The translations under genes were made by a program, and so were the position numbers. Positions 13,645-26,954 of a stretch of DNA of 64,000 bases are shown in pieces; position 1 is the stretch's first letter; the number at the start of each line of letters is the position of its first letter. The DNA is taken from positions 7,030,325-7,094,324 of the forward strand of contig BDGG01000001.1 of assembly GCA_001949185.1 (NCBI GenBank). Direction: 5' to 3'. The notes under the pieces are model-generated. The model did no database searches. It saw nothing but the letters and a program-made list of their open reading frames with translations, and was not told the origin of the DNA. Source of the DNA: Ramazzottius varieornatus (taxonomy: Eukaryota; Animalia; Tardigrada).

Positions 13645-14784
13645 TTAAGTCAACGTAGTTCTAACAGTAGCCTACATTCAACTAAGCAAATGCACCCTGT
13701 TTCACTTCAGAGGGTGGCCGCTCCACTGCCACCTTCTCGAAAATGAATTTCATAGGCGAAGGGTACCAAAAATTCTAGAAACGTACGTTTGAATCTCCAT
13801 ATCTTCACTTGGAGGGATTCGACTAATTTCGATGTTCTCGTGTACAACAAAGATCAAGCTTCTGTTACGTTATTTTTTTAAATGAGGGAATTTCATTGGT
13901 TATCATTTTCAAGTTCGAGAAATTTAAGCAAACAAAAAGAAGCCTTGAAGATTTCTTGCAGATCATAAAAATTAAGAGTTTCTGCCCACCAACGAAAATG
14001 CATGTCAAACACAACGTAAACGTCGTTGTTTTAAGGAAATTCAACCGAAAAACGGTAGAATCCAGTGCTATTTTGATGATTGTAATAGATAATTGAAAAT
14101 GGCCGAAAACCGGCTCTTTTAAATTTTACTATCATAATCAAAATTGCCAAACCCAGCCGACGGATTTTACTATATAGTGAAATATAGTAAAATTGGCTGG
14201 ATGTTGGAATAGTTAGATAATTAAAATTAGGCCAAACTGCAATTGAAATGGGACTGAAATGCGGAAAGGGGGTTGAAACTGCGCAATCGGTGGTATTTTC
14301 TGCATTATTTCTACTGTTTGACATTAGGCAATATCCGCGAAACGTATCCTAGATACTGGGTACAAGCTCAGTTTGCGCACCGGGTTATGGAAAACGAGCT
14401 GCGCACCACATAGTTTTGTTTTCGCGCACCGCGAATTGTGCGTTTTGTTATGCGTCGGTGCATTGATTCAACGACTGAAGAGCTAACAGTGCGCTAGCAC
14501 GGCGTGAAACGTGCCAGTTTCCATCGCCCCGCAATCAAAATAATAAAAATTGCTGCTGCTAACATAAGTAAAATCAATAGATGATAGACAACTCTACGAG
14601 AACCGTTTCTCGCAATCAAAATTATGAAGCCTGGTAGAATTTTAATGGTCGTAATAGGAAATAAAATTCCAAAAGTCATAGTAAATTAACACTGGTAGAA
14701 TCCGGCCGGAAAATGCAAAAAAAACCGAATTTACTACTGTTTTCTAGCCCCCAACAGTATATTGCGATGAACGGTGCTCACTTT

Positions 14785-14900
14785 TTCAAAACTGCAACTG
14801 CATTGCAACTGCATTTTCTCACCATTTCGGCCAATGCAACTGTACTGCATTGGATTAAAATGCAGTGCAGTGCAGAACGTGCTGCATGTTGCAGGGCTCA
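14785..14900. mobile_element. Truncated end of a TGCA-motif DNA transposon (hAT-like)
   Basis: Dense TGCA/CTGCA repeats ending TGCAGGGCTCA. Same architecture and terminus at 31600-31743. Confidence 0.5.
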
Positions 14901-15195
14901 ACAGCAGACTCGCCGCCGAAGGATCAAAACTTCCGTAGGTCTTGACACCAACTGGAAAGAAAAAGTACGACCTTCCATGTTTCGATACTCTGTCCGCTCG
15001 AGATCTTCGGCTTTGTTGGCTGTTACTTTTGCAGTTGTGTTTTTATATGGTTGTTGACAAATGTGCACGGCTTCGATTAGGAGCATCTCGCAATGGAGAA
15101 GGTCTTTTGGACGTGTTGAGAGAAGTACGTGGGGCTTTGCGTTTTTCGTTCATGGCGGATGACGGTAAGTTGTAAGTCTGGACAAGACGCACGAC

Positions 15196-15858
15196 TAGTG
15201 CTGGGATAAATATGATATATCGTGTCTTATCGAAATACATCACATCACAGTTATTCGATATGACAAAAATATCATATCGAAATATCGATATGGACGCAAT
15301 ATCGCTGATCGGAATATGATAGATGACAATATCATATCGCGGTATATCGATATATCAAAGATATATCGATAAATCGCAAACCGGCACTTGAGAATCGGAA
15401 CTTCTGAAGTCAATACTCCGGTTCGGTACCGCGCAGGCAGCGCAGCCTCGCCAGTAATGTATCGCGCACATGCATCCAAGCTGACTTCGAAGAAGAGAAC
15501 AGCCAGCGTACGTAGGTGCGTAGCGGCAGACCTTGATAGATTGAGCAAAGAACACACTCGCGTACACGAAGACATTTGACATTTGGCATTTGTTTTGACT
15601 CAAAAGTAGTGAACGACAGCCGTTTGGTTTCCTTTTGGCTCTTTCTCGATTTCGATAGTTTTCAACATGGTACTGGCTTGATACATCGATATATCACTGC
15701 AATATAATTCGATGTATCAACAATAAAATATCAGAAACGTATCGTCGAAATATCGATAAGTGGTTGGTATCTAAAACGAAGTATAAATACTGAAAGATAT
15801 TTAGCAGAAAATATCATATCGTATTTTATCGTATTTTATCGTATTTATTCCAGCACTA
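15196..15858. mobile_element. hAT MITE with ATATCG subterminal repeats
   Basis: TIR TAGTGCTGGGATAAATATGATA / rc TAGTGCTGGAATAAATACGATA. Perfect 8-bp TSD CGCACGAC (15188-95, 15859-66). Confidence 0.93.
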
Positions 15859-16329
15859 CGCACGACATGGACATATTGGACGATTCCAGGTTGAACAGGT
15901 GTACTAGACAATCGGAATGAACATGGCGTCTGGTTTAAGTACTAGCATCCCTTCCACTCTAGACAACCTTGATTGTGAAGAGTCTTGTTCTGTTCAGTGA
16001 TGAGCTGCTAAAAGGGGCCTCCACTTGCTCATGGCCTGCCAAAACCGCAAGCCGTCGTAGACAGCGTTTGATTAGTCATTATCAAGCAGTTGGTAACGTG
16101 TACGTGGTGTAGACTTCCACACACAGACACCCGGATCAAAATATGTCACTCACGCTTTTTGCAGCCCAGCGGTTGCTTGTGTTTGGCGAGACGGTTTTCT
16201 TTTGTTGCTCGGATTCCTTGATTGAATGAAGAGCTCATCTTGAGTTTCTTCAGTAGATTACATCACATTACGTACTGTATGTCATCAACGTGTAACGTAC
16301 CAGATCGGTCCTACCTATTTTGCTAGCGG

Positions 16330-17204
16330 TAGTGATGTTGGCATATATGAGTATTATATTAAATTAGAACCTATTAGATGCAAAAAGCATCAAATATATC
16401 GTATTAACATTTATTGGATGCCTCGACCGAGGTGGAATATTTATTAGTATTAGATTAGATAAAAGCCAGAGCTAGTGTTATCATATTAAAATCGAGCCGT
16501 AGGGCGCTCCATATTAGAATTATCAAAATGCCGGTTTTGGCTTCAGTTGATTAAAGTGAAGCTTGATTTGCGTCCGCAATAAGCGTGAAACTGTGCGCAG
16601 TGTGCTTCGTGCCAGTAGATTTTACGCATTAACCACCTGCGCGTGTGTTACACTCACGAACGTTCGAATGTGGTGACTTGATTGAAGCAGCTGATCTGAT
16701 TGGCAAGTGCAGGACTACGATTTCGGGGACTCAGTTGCATACCCGCCAATCGCGCTGTAAAGAATGCATTTCAGCGCGATTCTGCAATGCGTTTGCAGAA
16801 TCGCGCTTGAAAGAACGGCTTGAAAGAAAAGAATTCTTCAAACACCAGACAGAAGAGATAACAGCCGCTAAAACTGCTATTATTTTAGGACGGTTCCTTG
16901 GTAGTACTTTTAACTGATAATTCATGACCTTTTTATTGCTGGATCTGGATAAAACTGCTTTAGTGATGAAATTGTTGAGGAAGAAAGTTATCTTTTCCCG
17001 TTGACACATGGATCTAGGAATGACAGAAATATAATAATAATAAATTATAATAAGAACCCAGCGACACAACTTAATATATCGACATTATATTAGATGCTGT
17101 GCGGTCGGGGTACATTGTATTAAGATTATATTGGAACTCTGGCAGCCCGGGCTTATTAAATTGAGATTATATTAGGTCGCGATGCCCTTATGCGAACATC
17201 ACTA
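16330..17204. mobile_element. hAT MITE with ATATTA/ATTAGA subterminal repeats
   Basis: TIR TAGTGATGTTGGCATA / rc TAGTGATGTTCGCATA. Perfect 8-bp TSD GCTAGCGG (16322-29, 17205-12). Confidence 0.93.
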
Positions 17205-17223
17205 GCTAGCGGAACGTAATCAA

Positions 17224-17496
17224 TACAGAGATTAAGTTGCCACTCCGGTTCACTTTGCAACTGTAGCTACGGCCTTGCTCCGCCCCTTTCGTGACGTATA
17301 ACTACATTTTTCTTTCCGGAGCTCGCCTTATTTTCGAAAAATAGCGTAATAGGAGTTAGGGATAGCTTGCATTGAGAAGCATGGCAGCTGCCCAACTATT
17401 CAGATCAAGGATCAGCTGCTGCGCTTGTCAGTGACGTTGCAGCTCATTTTAGCTACAGTCGGACTTCCATCCTGCGGTGGCAACTTAATGTCTGTA
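17224..17496. mobile_element. MITE (~270 bp)
   Basis: TIR TACAGAGATTAAGTTGCCAC / rc TACAGACATTAAGTTGCCAC. TSD is either TA or an imperfect 9-bp TAATCAATA/TAATCAATC. Confidence 0.8.
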
Positions 17497-18557
17497 ATCA
17501 ATCACTCAATCAGTGTGTTCGACGTTCCGGCAGGGACCCCTTTAGCAGCTCATGTATGGTTCTATTTAAAGCTTAGAGTACCAGGTGTTTTGTGTCGGAA
17601 TTGAGCCATGGGGTTCAAACGATCCCCAAGACTTTTAACTGGCTGAAAAGAGGGGGTGTGGCTCAAATCGTCCAGCGGCAGAATGCGTGATTCGAGTGAC
17701 ATGAAACGAGGCGGAGCTATCTTGCGCCAGCTGATCGGTTAACAGCTCGGCGTCAATGGTCAGTTTAAATTTGTTCCTGCGGTCAGCGGACTCCGCTGGT
17801 CCAGTCTGCCTACCACATGCGAGAGAGAATATATTTCTCTCCTTCACCAATTATTTAAAGAGCTTTCCACAGCTTCATAAAAATTAAGAAAATTTCCTAA
17901 GGGAAGGGGACAAAATCTTCCCCCTTCGAAGTATTTATTTCTGAAGGTTTCTGATTTGTCTGGCCAGCGGTCACTATTCTTCACCAGATGGATGAGGATT
18001 TTGCACGCAAAGCAAAAAATCTTCAGTTGATACGCTTGACATCGAGCCCGTACTCTGGTGAGAATTGCGCACTACTGGGACCGTTTGCACCCCCATGGTA
18101 CTGGCAGAAAGACTAGAGGGGATAGAGGAACGCGTACGTGCGTCACCCTAGTCTTCCAGTGATAAATTCGTTGCCAAACTAGCGACCATTAAAGGTCGAG
18201 GTCAAATGGATGACCTTGGAAGACCTTTAGCTGTTTGGACAAACCGACAGTTCGGCCATACCTGAAAGGTCGAGTGTTTTCCCATTAACTATGTATGCAG
18301 GTACATGAAGCGCCTGTGTTTATGGCGTAGGTCCGGCAAGCACCTAAATACGGCTCACTGCGGAGCTGCCACCGTAAGTAAGTATCGAACCGGTCAAGTA
18401 ACCCAAATGAAACCGACTCTCCTCAGGCGTGACCTCTGTGCATATCAGACCAATGGCGATGTTCATTACTAGTGGTAAGTGCCTCTACCGCATCCATGTT
18501 TTGCGCCTCTACGGTATATACAGCGGTTCCTCTAGCTCCTCTAATCTCTCTGGTACT

Positions 18558-19030
18558 TAATGATGAGCATTACGTTTTACATTACACTACATTTTACATT
18601 ACAATTACGCTTTTACACGACATTACAACCGCCGGGGAGTTGTAATGTGAATGCAAAATGTTATTACACGTTTTAAAAGCCGAAAATCTGTGGTATATTT
18701 GAGCGTTTTGCCGCGAAAAATCTAAACCCGGCTGACTTACGTGGGACAATTGTGAAAATCTTCTTCAATATGGCCATTTTGTAAGCTTATATCTATTGCA
18801 ACCCGTATTTTTATCTATTTCCGGGAAACGATTGCACAGAACTATGTTTTGTGCAAACGCAATAGTTATTGGTCTGACATTTCACTCGCTCCATATCACT
18901 TTTGTACGTTATAAACCACTCGGCTTGTAAAGTGTAAACTGGTGTAAAATGTAATTACAATTTTACAATTACACCATTTCACATTACAATTTACATTACA
19001 CGGACCATCTGCGTGTAATGCTCATCACTA
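18558..19030. mobile_element. hAT MITE with ATTACA/TTTAC subterminal repeats
   Basis: TIR TAATGATGAGCATTAC / rc TAGTGATGAGCATTAC. Perfect 8-bp TSD CTGGTACT (18550-57, 19031-38). Confidence 0.93.
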
Positions 19031-19911
19031 CTGGTACTGGCGTTTAAACGTCGTAACGCCAACTTCGCGACGACGTTTCCACTAAGTTGTTCCTCTTTAT
19101 TTTTTGTTGAAGCCGATACAGTGTGAGGCTATTACGTAATGCTCGCAGAGCTTACTAACAAACCTTGTATGCGACTTGATACCCATGCTATCCCATGTCA
19201 AACCACTTCAGGTGGTCTAACATGGGATTTTTGGGCACGAGCTGTCGTTACGAAGCTGGTTTTGTTCGTAAGTTTGTATTTGAACCCTCCTGCTGAACTT
19301 TGCCCAGTGAAGGGCAAAGTACAACATTAGTGGAGATAAGCTGGTGAATGGAATGTGACTGAGGAGAAGCGAAAATAGGTCACAAAAGAAGGAGATAAGG
19401 CGATGGCATTGCATTCTGAGTCACAGGGAGTAATTCAATGGTTGGGAACTTGGGATACGCGCTGCCATCATCCCAGTTCCCGTTTTCTTCCCTTTTAGCC
19501 TCCCTCGGCGATAACAGTACCCGTTAGGGTGCCGCCCCGCGAATTTCGTTTACTTCCTTCCGCGGGATTGGCTTTTTCTTCCTACCAGTGCAGGTCAATA
19601 GTATCTTATGCGTTTTTGTTTCCATCGTTTCAATATGGTCTTTTTTCCGGCCCAAGAGTGATCCGAGGGACTCTCTTTCTGAGCGTTTCACTCGTCAAAC
19701 TTACAAGTCCTGAGTTCTGACCTCGACATCACCGTACCTTGACATTCGTCAAAATTGCTCTGGGTGCGCCGGCAATTAACGTTTCTCAATTACCTCTGAC
19801 TCTCTATCAAATCTGTGAATATACTTGATCGACCGACCTGCATTTCATCAATTTTCTGTGGTTTATTTGCGGATTGTGTAATGTGAAGCTCGAAAGCTTT
19901 ATTGTTCATTT

Positions 19912-22228
19912 ATGACTATAAAAATGAGGGTACTAAGATCTACGGACAGCGCGCTTCGATCTGTTCCCAGCATCCTTACCGAACGTTGTCGCTGTACCGG
20001 CCGGGCACCTTATCCGACTGTTGTCACTTTCGAAGAAGTAGTCTCCACGAATAGGGCTCCAATTCAAGAACAATGCATGTTCGCCATCAGGAACGCTTTA
20101 TTGAGCAAAGACGAGCCATCTGCACCGGTACCGGAAAGACAGCTGTGTTTACTCGAGGCAACGATCACCGAAGTCCAAATGCTGGAAAGCGTGAAACTCG
20201 AGTCGCGGAATCTTGTGTGGCGATTACGACAAGACGGAGTGATCGAAAGGTGGGCTCCAAACGGCCAGTTCGAGCTACCTCCTCACAATTTGTCGACCAT
20301 TACACGCCTTATAATATCTCCTCGTTCGTCTCGAGTGAAATTTGTTGAATCTCTACCTTGGTTCCAACCTTGCTCTACCACGGCAGATGTATCGCCTTCG
20401 AGCTCGAATTTTCTTCATCGAAGTTTCGTATGGGCCGCGCAGTTTCAGTCGGTCAGGGAAGCCAACAAATGGTACTTTACGTGTTCAAGTATAAAACGAA
20501 GCATCGCAAGTAATGTGAGAAGTATTCCTTGGATCAGCCTGACAGCACGGCCGGCTTCGACTGTGAACCTGCAAAGCGCACGGAAGGTTACGGAGAGGAG
20601 GAGCCAGAATACAGCTTTGAGTTTTGGCAAAACCAGCGGTCATCCTGTCAACAAAATCACGAACAAACAAAGAATTTTCCATGAGAGAATGAACGGAGAG
20701 CAAGGGACAGTTGAGACCTATCACGGCGCTGGAATCTCGGAGAAAAGTTCGGCAAGGCGATACGTAGTACTCCGCGGTAGCATGGAAAAGCGTCGACCGC
20801 GGCATGTTCGAGGACTGCGGTTCGGTGTGTGGAGCCCAGTGACATGGATACTTTACAACAACGGCGTCCTCGAAGAGTTTGCGAAAGATCAGAAATGCCA
20901 CGACTTGATCAACCGGTTCGCGCTGGACGAACTCGATGTCAGGTCTACGCGACAAAAGCTCCGGAAAGACTCTTACTTGGGCGGTATACCACCCATAAGA
21001 GACATATCTTCAAAGAAGAGAGAAAACCGTTTGCTGAAGGTGGAACGAAGATTTACTGAAGGAAAGACTTACCTGTACCGGGCACCGAATAAACTAATGC
21101 AGATTCAGTGGTTGAGCGCGTTGAGCAGAGCGAGATTGAGCGGATCGGTGTTCTCGTCGGACGAGGGAGACAGCTTTTCGGGAAAGGCCAGGATACCAAG
21201 GAAGTTATCGATCATGCAAGAACGATGCCTGGCTGATATTTTTGGTGTGATAGTCCCTTTGTGGGTCAATGTGATATGGGAGCATTCGGAACCCTTCATC
21301 ATTCGCAGACGATACGAAGACCCGGTAAGCTTACGAGTTCTTAGTGGTGTGCGGGTTGAACCGGGGGACCTTTCTAGTATGCATTATGAATTCTGACTCC
21401 CGTGGTGACGTCCCAAGTATTCTGGAAAGTCTTTTATACATAGAGTCGTACTGAAGCATTTTTTGGATAACTTTTTTTGCAAATTTTCATTTTTTGCTTT
21501 GCTCGTAGAATCGGACGGTGGTAAAACAAGTGACGCCTCTGGAGGACCTGATCGTTACTCGAGCCGACACCATTACCATTCCTCTTTCCAGCAAGTCGCG
21601 ACACCTGCCTAAGAATATTCTCTACCAAGGCCATACTCACTGGACTTTCCCGCGGAAGTCCAAAAGACGATTCACGATCCAGCTCTTCGGCGGTGACAAC
21701 CCCGACGAGACCATCTGCGTTCGAGCTGCTTCACAGCAGCTCCGTGACGAATGGCTAGATATTCTACACAAGCTTCAAGAAGAGACACCTATCAACGTCG
21801 GACCATCTCTGGAAGGTGTCGCAGAGTTGTTACAAAACGTTGTGGTTGAAGAAACGCTTACGGAAGTCACCGTCACGAAAGCTTGGCAGAGTAAATCTGC
21901 CATCGAAATGCCTGTCCAAGAGAAGCTCTTCTTCTCACCGGAATGCTTGTCCCTGCCTGCTGTGAATATTCCGAGAGGTGCGTTACTGGAGGAGGACGTG
22001 ACCGAAGGCTCGTGTTCAGCCTCGCAGTCTGGACGTGGTGATGAGGAGCGGCTGTTCTTCCCCACCACACCGGAAGCCGAGCAATGGCAGAATTCTTTCT
22101 CAAATTCGGACCGAAGTAGCGGAAAAAGACGCTCTTATGGAAAGGATCTTAGTGGAATTGATCGTGAATTACTCAAAGTTGTTCCCCGGTTGTTGGATGA
22201 CAACCACTTCTCTGTTTTCTTGCTTTAG
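19912..22228 (+). CDS. Uncharacterised protein with two to three pleckstrin-homology-like domains (~710 aa, 2 exons)
   Basis: Long ORFs joined in phase 0 by intron 21325-21508. PH-like motifs: VVLRGSMEKR..W..WILYNNGVLEEF..TYLYRAPNKLMQIQWLSAL, ICVRAASQQLRDEWLDIL, AQFQSVREANKWY. Start codon uncertain. Confidence 0.6.
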
Positions 22229-24128
22229 GATTTCTTTTTCGTGCCGAGCGAAGCGAGGCCCTTTTAAGTGTCGAGATTTCAATGGACGATCAGATTGTTC
22301 GAGCTTTCAGATATCGCAACCTCTTTCAGATATCGAAAGTGTTTACTCGCAAAACTTGTGCTTCTTTGCTTCTGCTCGGCCTTCCCAGTGGTCAGAACCA
22401 CTAGCTAGTATTGTGTCAATGTTCCGTTATTAAGCTTAAGATCCACTGAGATAGCGAAGTCTCAGCCAATACTTTCTAGGCGAAATTCTCTTATTCTACA
22501 ATGGTATTGAGACGTTACCGGATCTGTTTGAAAATATTGATGGGAAACTTGTGTCTTATGGTTTGATGCCCGAGATGGTTCTGGCCGAAAACGAATGCGT
22601 GGGTAGTAAGTCCAGTATAATTCAGTGAGGGGGAAGTACAGGTGGGATTTGCGCAAGACGAAGTCACGTGGGTTGCCGTACTGGCCAGTAAAACCTCGTG
22701 ACACGCACTCGCTTAAGTCACAGCTGAGCCACGCTTGCATTCATCCTTCGAGTCGAGTAAATCATGTTGACACATTGTGTTTGGCTGATTGAAGTCCTAA
22801 CATAGAGCCCTTGATTGGTTTCCGGTAAACATTTACCGCTTTTCGGAAATTTCAAATTTTCCGACGAGATTTTTTTTTCAATAGAACAGTGCCTCTTCGA
22901 TTGTGTCAGAAATGTCTTCTCTGAAATGTCTTATTATTACTGAGAACGGAACAGGTTTACGTGTCTTCCCGTGCGATTGCCAGTTACGGTTTACCACAGG
23001 ACGGCTGTTTTCAGCTGAGCATCCCCTCCGGAAAGTCTGTGCTATCGTCTCTGCCTGACGTTAAGGCAGCCTCTTGCGGACGGAAACTGGATAGTCGGCT
23101 TCATCAGGCTTGAAAGAGAGAGACAATTTAGTACTTCTAACACCCGTAACCCTTTCCGTAATTAAAACCGTCCCCTCACAGCAATGTCAGATTAAATCGG
23201 GAGGACCTACGCAGGTTAATGGGTGAATATTGTGGATACTTTTTAGGCATTCTCGCTGAGCGAGTTCACGCGGGTAGTGAGTGATGGTACAGTGGCGCAA
23301 TAAAAGGATCTGCAAGGCGGATCGGTGCGCGACTCGACCGGGGACGCATGAAGGGTACGGGCTGTATGAATCACGGCTCGATTTAATGACTCAAGGTGTG
23401 CACGGACAAGTCATTGGCTGCACTTATACCCAGCGCGTGCACAACTCCTCCTTGTTCAAATGCGGCGACTTTTCATGGCGACGTCGTCTTGCTCGCATCA
23501 CACCTGTAGGGGGAAGGGTTTATGATTTTCTCGAATACGAGTTGATCAATTCGCTTGATTGTGAGAGGTTCTAGCGGACCTGGTACTCACTACTCAGCGT
23601 TACTTGTCGCGTACTCACAGTCATACTCAGGTTGGTAGTTTAACGAAAATGGGATAAAAATCACAAAGGTTTATGCGAAATCCGTAAAACGGTGATAATC
23701 TTCAACTCTTCACGTAACTTCCGCTCCCCTCCCCTCCCGGTTCCTACCTGACTCAACCACAGTTTCTGCCGTGTTTGCTTCGTAGGTTAAGGCCGACGTA
23801 GGGGTTTGATATGTAAATAAACGACAGCTCAACTTCGCCCTGTCTGTTACTCGGCATCGGAAGCGGATTAGTGATCGGTCTTCATCACAGTGATTCCAAG
23901 ACATTTTACGGCTGTGTTCCCATCTATCGTGATACTCACCACGGAAAGATTCCTGCCTTCTCTCCCAGCGACATTTGAATCCCAGGCTCGGGGAAAGCAG
24001 GATATTTGGTGAGAGGATCGTCGTCACGAAATTGGACTCTTCATCTGCTGTCATCTTTCGCTACGCAGTCTGAACTTCATTCTTGCTCTCCGACTGGACA
24101 ACCCTGCCAGCCAGTTTAAGCTTTCACC

Positions 24129-25402
24129 ATGGCGGAGAGGAAACTATCGTAAGGATCTCATACTGTTGACAGACCAACGGGATGACTTTGGTGTAGTGTC
24201 CATAAGTTTGAGTGTTTGACTCAATCACGTTCAGCTCAAATCAGCTGATACAAGTCGACTTCCGGTTCGACGGCAGATGGGAAATCTCAGTGATAGTGGG
24301 TGATGTTCGTTTTGCTGCTGCTCTTTCAGGACCGCTGGACATTCCCTGTATGAGTCACTGGGCCTGGCAAAAGGAGCATCTCCAGAAGAGATCAAGAAGG
24401 CTTATAGATTGGTGGGGAAGATTTGTTGAAATTCGATATCATTTATGATTTCTTAGGGAATTTTCTTGTTTAGCTCGCGCTAAGAAATCATCCTGATAAG
24501 AACCCGGACGACCCCACGGCAGCTGACAGAGTACGGAAACCAAGGTTATCTTCGTGAACGCGTACTTCTTTTCGCTGATTATTTGTACTGCTTCTCAGAT
24601 TCGGCAGATAAATTACGCCAATGGAATATTATCAGACCCTCAAAAGCGACAACTTTATGATGCATACGGATCTCTGGTATGCAATTCTCGGAGCTTAGTT
24701 AACATGACATGAAGCCCGCGAATACAGTTTGGCATTCTATGCTGTCTTGCCTGCAGGGTCTCCAAATGGCTGAGCAAGTCGGCGAAGAGCGGATGCGGAT
24801 GATGAGCGGTCCCTGGTTCAAGGTAGGTTATTCAGCACTCACGTTTCGGTTGGTATACCGAAGAATGCCGGAGAACTATCCGGCATCGTTCAAGCAGTTC
24901 CGCCTTTAGCGAACATGAAATATTTTGGGGTTGAATTCCAATTTTAAGTTTTGCTCCGACGTTAACGGATTTTTCTTTGCAGGCTTGTTTTATTTTTTGC
25001 GGTATCATCAGTGGATGCTACTGCTGCTTTTGCTGCTGCTGTTGCTGTAAACTGTGCAGGGAAAAGAGGCCGATGGAAGGCGACTTACATATGGAAGAAC
25101 AGGGGGGAAAAGACAGTACGCACCGCGTAAACCTGTATATGGGAGCTTGGCAGACGAACTCGGCAAGATCGTTATCCAAGAGGCGCACGAGTTCAGTTAA
25201 TAACGGTGGAAACGTGCGTCACTTGGTGGAACAATTTTGTCGAGTTGGTTTGTCGAGCGACAGCAACATACAGTTTTCTTGATCAGAAGACAAGCTTCTA
25301 CCGGTCGTTTCCATTACGTTTCTAGCCTTTCTAGGCACACCAAGAGGCTTCGATCATCAGCAGTCGTCACCGAGGACAGAGCAGCCCGGTTCTAACGGAT
25401 GA
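24129..25402 (+). CDS. DNAJC5: Second, divergent cysteine string protein paralog
   Basis: MAERKLS|TAGHSLYESLGL..IKKAYRL|[19 protein letters not shown]|[26 protein letters not shown]|GLQMAEQVGEE..WFK|ACFIFCGIISGCYCCFCCCCCCKLC. Last exon ..PRTEQPGSNG* is inferred. Confidence 0.88.
25141..25260. repeat. Intronic fold-back element
   Basis: CAAGAGGCGCAC-N25-GTGCGTCACTTG with outer arms, last intron of the CSP paralog. Confidence 0.85.
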
Positions 25403-25797
25403 GTTTTGAGCTGGGTCGCTGTCTGCTGGAAGCAGGAGACGTTCCCTGATCATGACCAATGCGTCGCCGCATGAGCAGCTGTGATCTGTGATCTTTAATT
25501 TCTATTTGCAGTTTGGTCAGTTAGTCTTTACCGCGATTTAGATACTAGCATGCCTAATGTTTTCTCCAGTTTCGGGCGTTTTCTTTTATGTTTCATTTTA
25601 TTTGGTCGTTCGGTAATGTCAGCTGTTCTCCTTTTGCTTTGTCCGAACCGGATCAGGGTATGAAGAAAGCTACTGTATGAACTCGTACACAATGTACCGC
25701 AGCCTCGACCGGTTTCAGACGGGGGAGAGGGTGTTAGAAAGGGCTCTTCGCCAGTCCGATCTTAGCTGAAGTTTCTGGACGAACAGTGGGTATCGGC

Positions 25798-25944
25798 CAG
25801 TGTTGTATCAGTTCTTGTACTGAAACGCTATAATTTCAATTCTTTTACCAGTTCCTATTCCGGTTCCCGAGCTGGAATAGGAACTTGAACATTTCTCGGG
25901 GAGATGAAACTGAAATTAAAAGAACTGAAGTGATACAGTCACTG
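25798..25944. mobile_element. Small fold-back MITE related to the 37177-38289 hAT element
   Basis: CAGTGTTGTATCAGT / rc CAGTGACTGTATCACT ends, central hairpin GTTCCTATTCC..GGAATAGGAAC. No TSD found. Confidence 0.5.
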
Positions 25945-26954
25945 TCATTGGTCATGGCCACCCCATAGTCTTCCTTCGCTCCATCGTACCTTTCGATCCC
26001 GTTGTTCGATTCCCGATCTTCAAAGAGCACCATGTAGGAGACTCTTTGGACTTTCCGATCATGTGACAGGCAGGTCCCCTTCTCAGCCATTCAACCGGTA
26101 AGCGTTGCTGGTTCGGACCAGGAAATAAGCGTGATTTTTGGCTCTCGCTCCCACGTCCCATGACAGGTCGATGGAAAAGTTAAAACGGCCAGAATATAGC
26201 AGAAACATTCTTTCCACTTCACTAAGAGGAATTACCAGTAAAAATTTCTCACTAAAATTTCTCGTATCGGCTCTGCTGCTCACTTTCCCAGACAAATTTG
26301 ATTCTTCGTTTTCTTTCTTTCCCGTTTGTATAGCTTATACGCCGAAACTGTGCTTGTCTGGGAGAGGCATCTCGGTGGTCTTTGTAGATACCAGTTTTGT
26401 CCACAGAGGATGATCTCCTCGAAAGATACACGTGGCGCAAAATCAATTATCGCTGACGAATTTCAATTATTAAAATTAAAATTCGATTTCCTGTTATGGA
26501 TCAATCAATCAAGCGAACACCAACCCGCACAATTAAAACGATTTCAATTATTAAATTCGATTTTCTATTATAATGATTAAAATAACACTACTGTAGAGCT
26601 AAGTTAGGTCTCTACTATGACAATCGAAAGTTATCAGACTGCGACTTTTCGGATTTCAAAAACAAGAAATGTTGTTCTTCAGGCGTAAAGGCAACCTGTG
26701 AAATGCGCCACTTTGGTGAGGTAGCGAAAGCTAAATTTGTCCTGTCTCACAGAATCTTTGAAGACTCGTCATAACAAGCTACTCAGCAGATGCGCCAGGG
26801 GAGGGTTCTATGTTATGTTATGTCAAAGTCGATTCGCAATTACAGTTTTCTGACCCTCAGAATGTAGAATTTTGTACTAAAAATCTGGTCCAAGTTTGCC
26901 CTCGGATAATGAAATTACTGAAATTACTGGAGGAGAAGAGACCTCAAACAGCCA

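Larger units (their letters stand above)
16000..17553. mobile_element. Outer TIR element hosting two nested MITEs
   Basis: ATGAGCTGCTAAAAGGGG at 16000 and CCCCTTTAGCAGCTCAT ending 17553. No clear TSD. Confidence 0.55.

Noticed and set aside
23290-23336. Extra copy of the fold-back core (GTGGCGCAA-N24-GTGCGCGAC), and another near 1763
   Set aside because: Outer arms and spacer consensus are missing, so these were not counted among the 16 confident copies.
25850-25887. Inverted repeat resembling an FRT site (AGTTCCTATTC..GAATAGGAACTT)
   Set aside because: Spacer is 14 bp rather than 8, and the hairpin is the centre of a small fold-back MITE (25798-25944). Likely coincidence.
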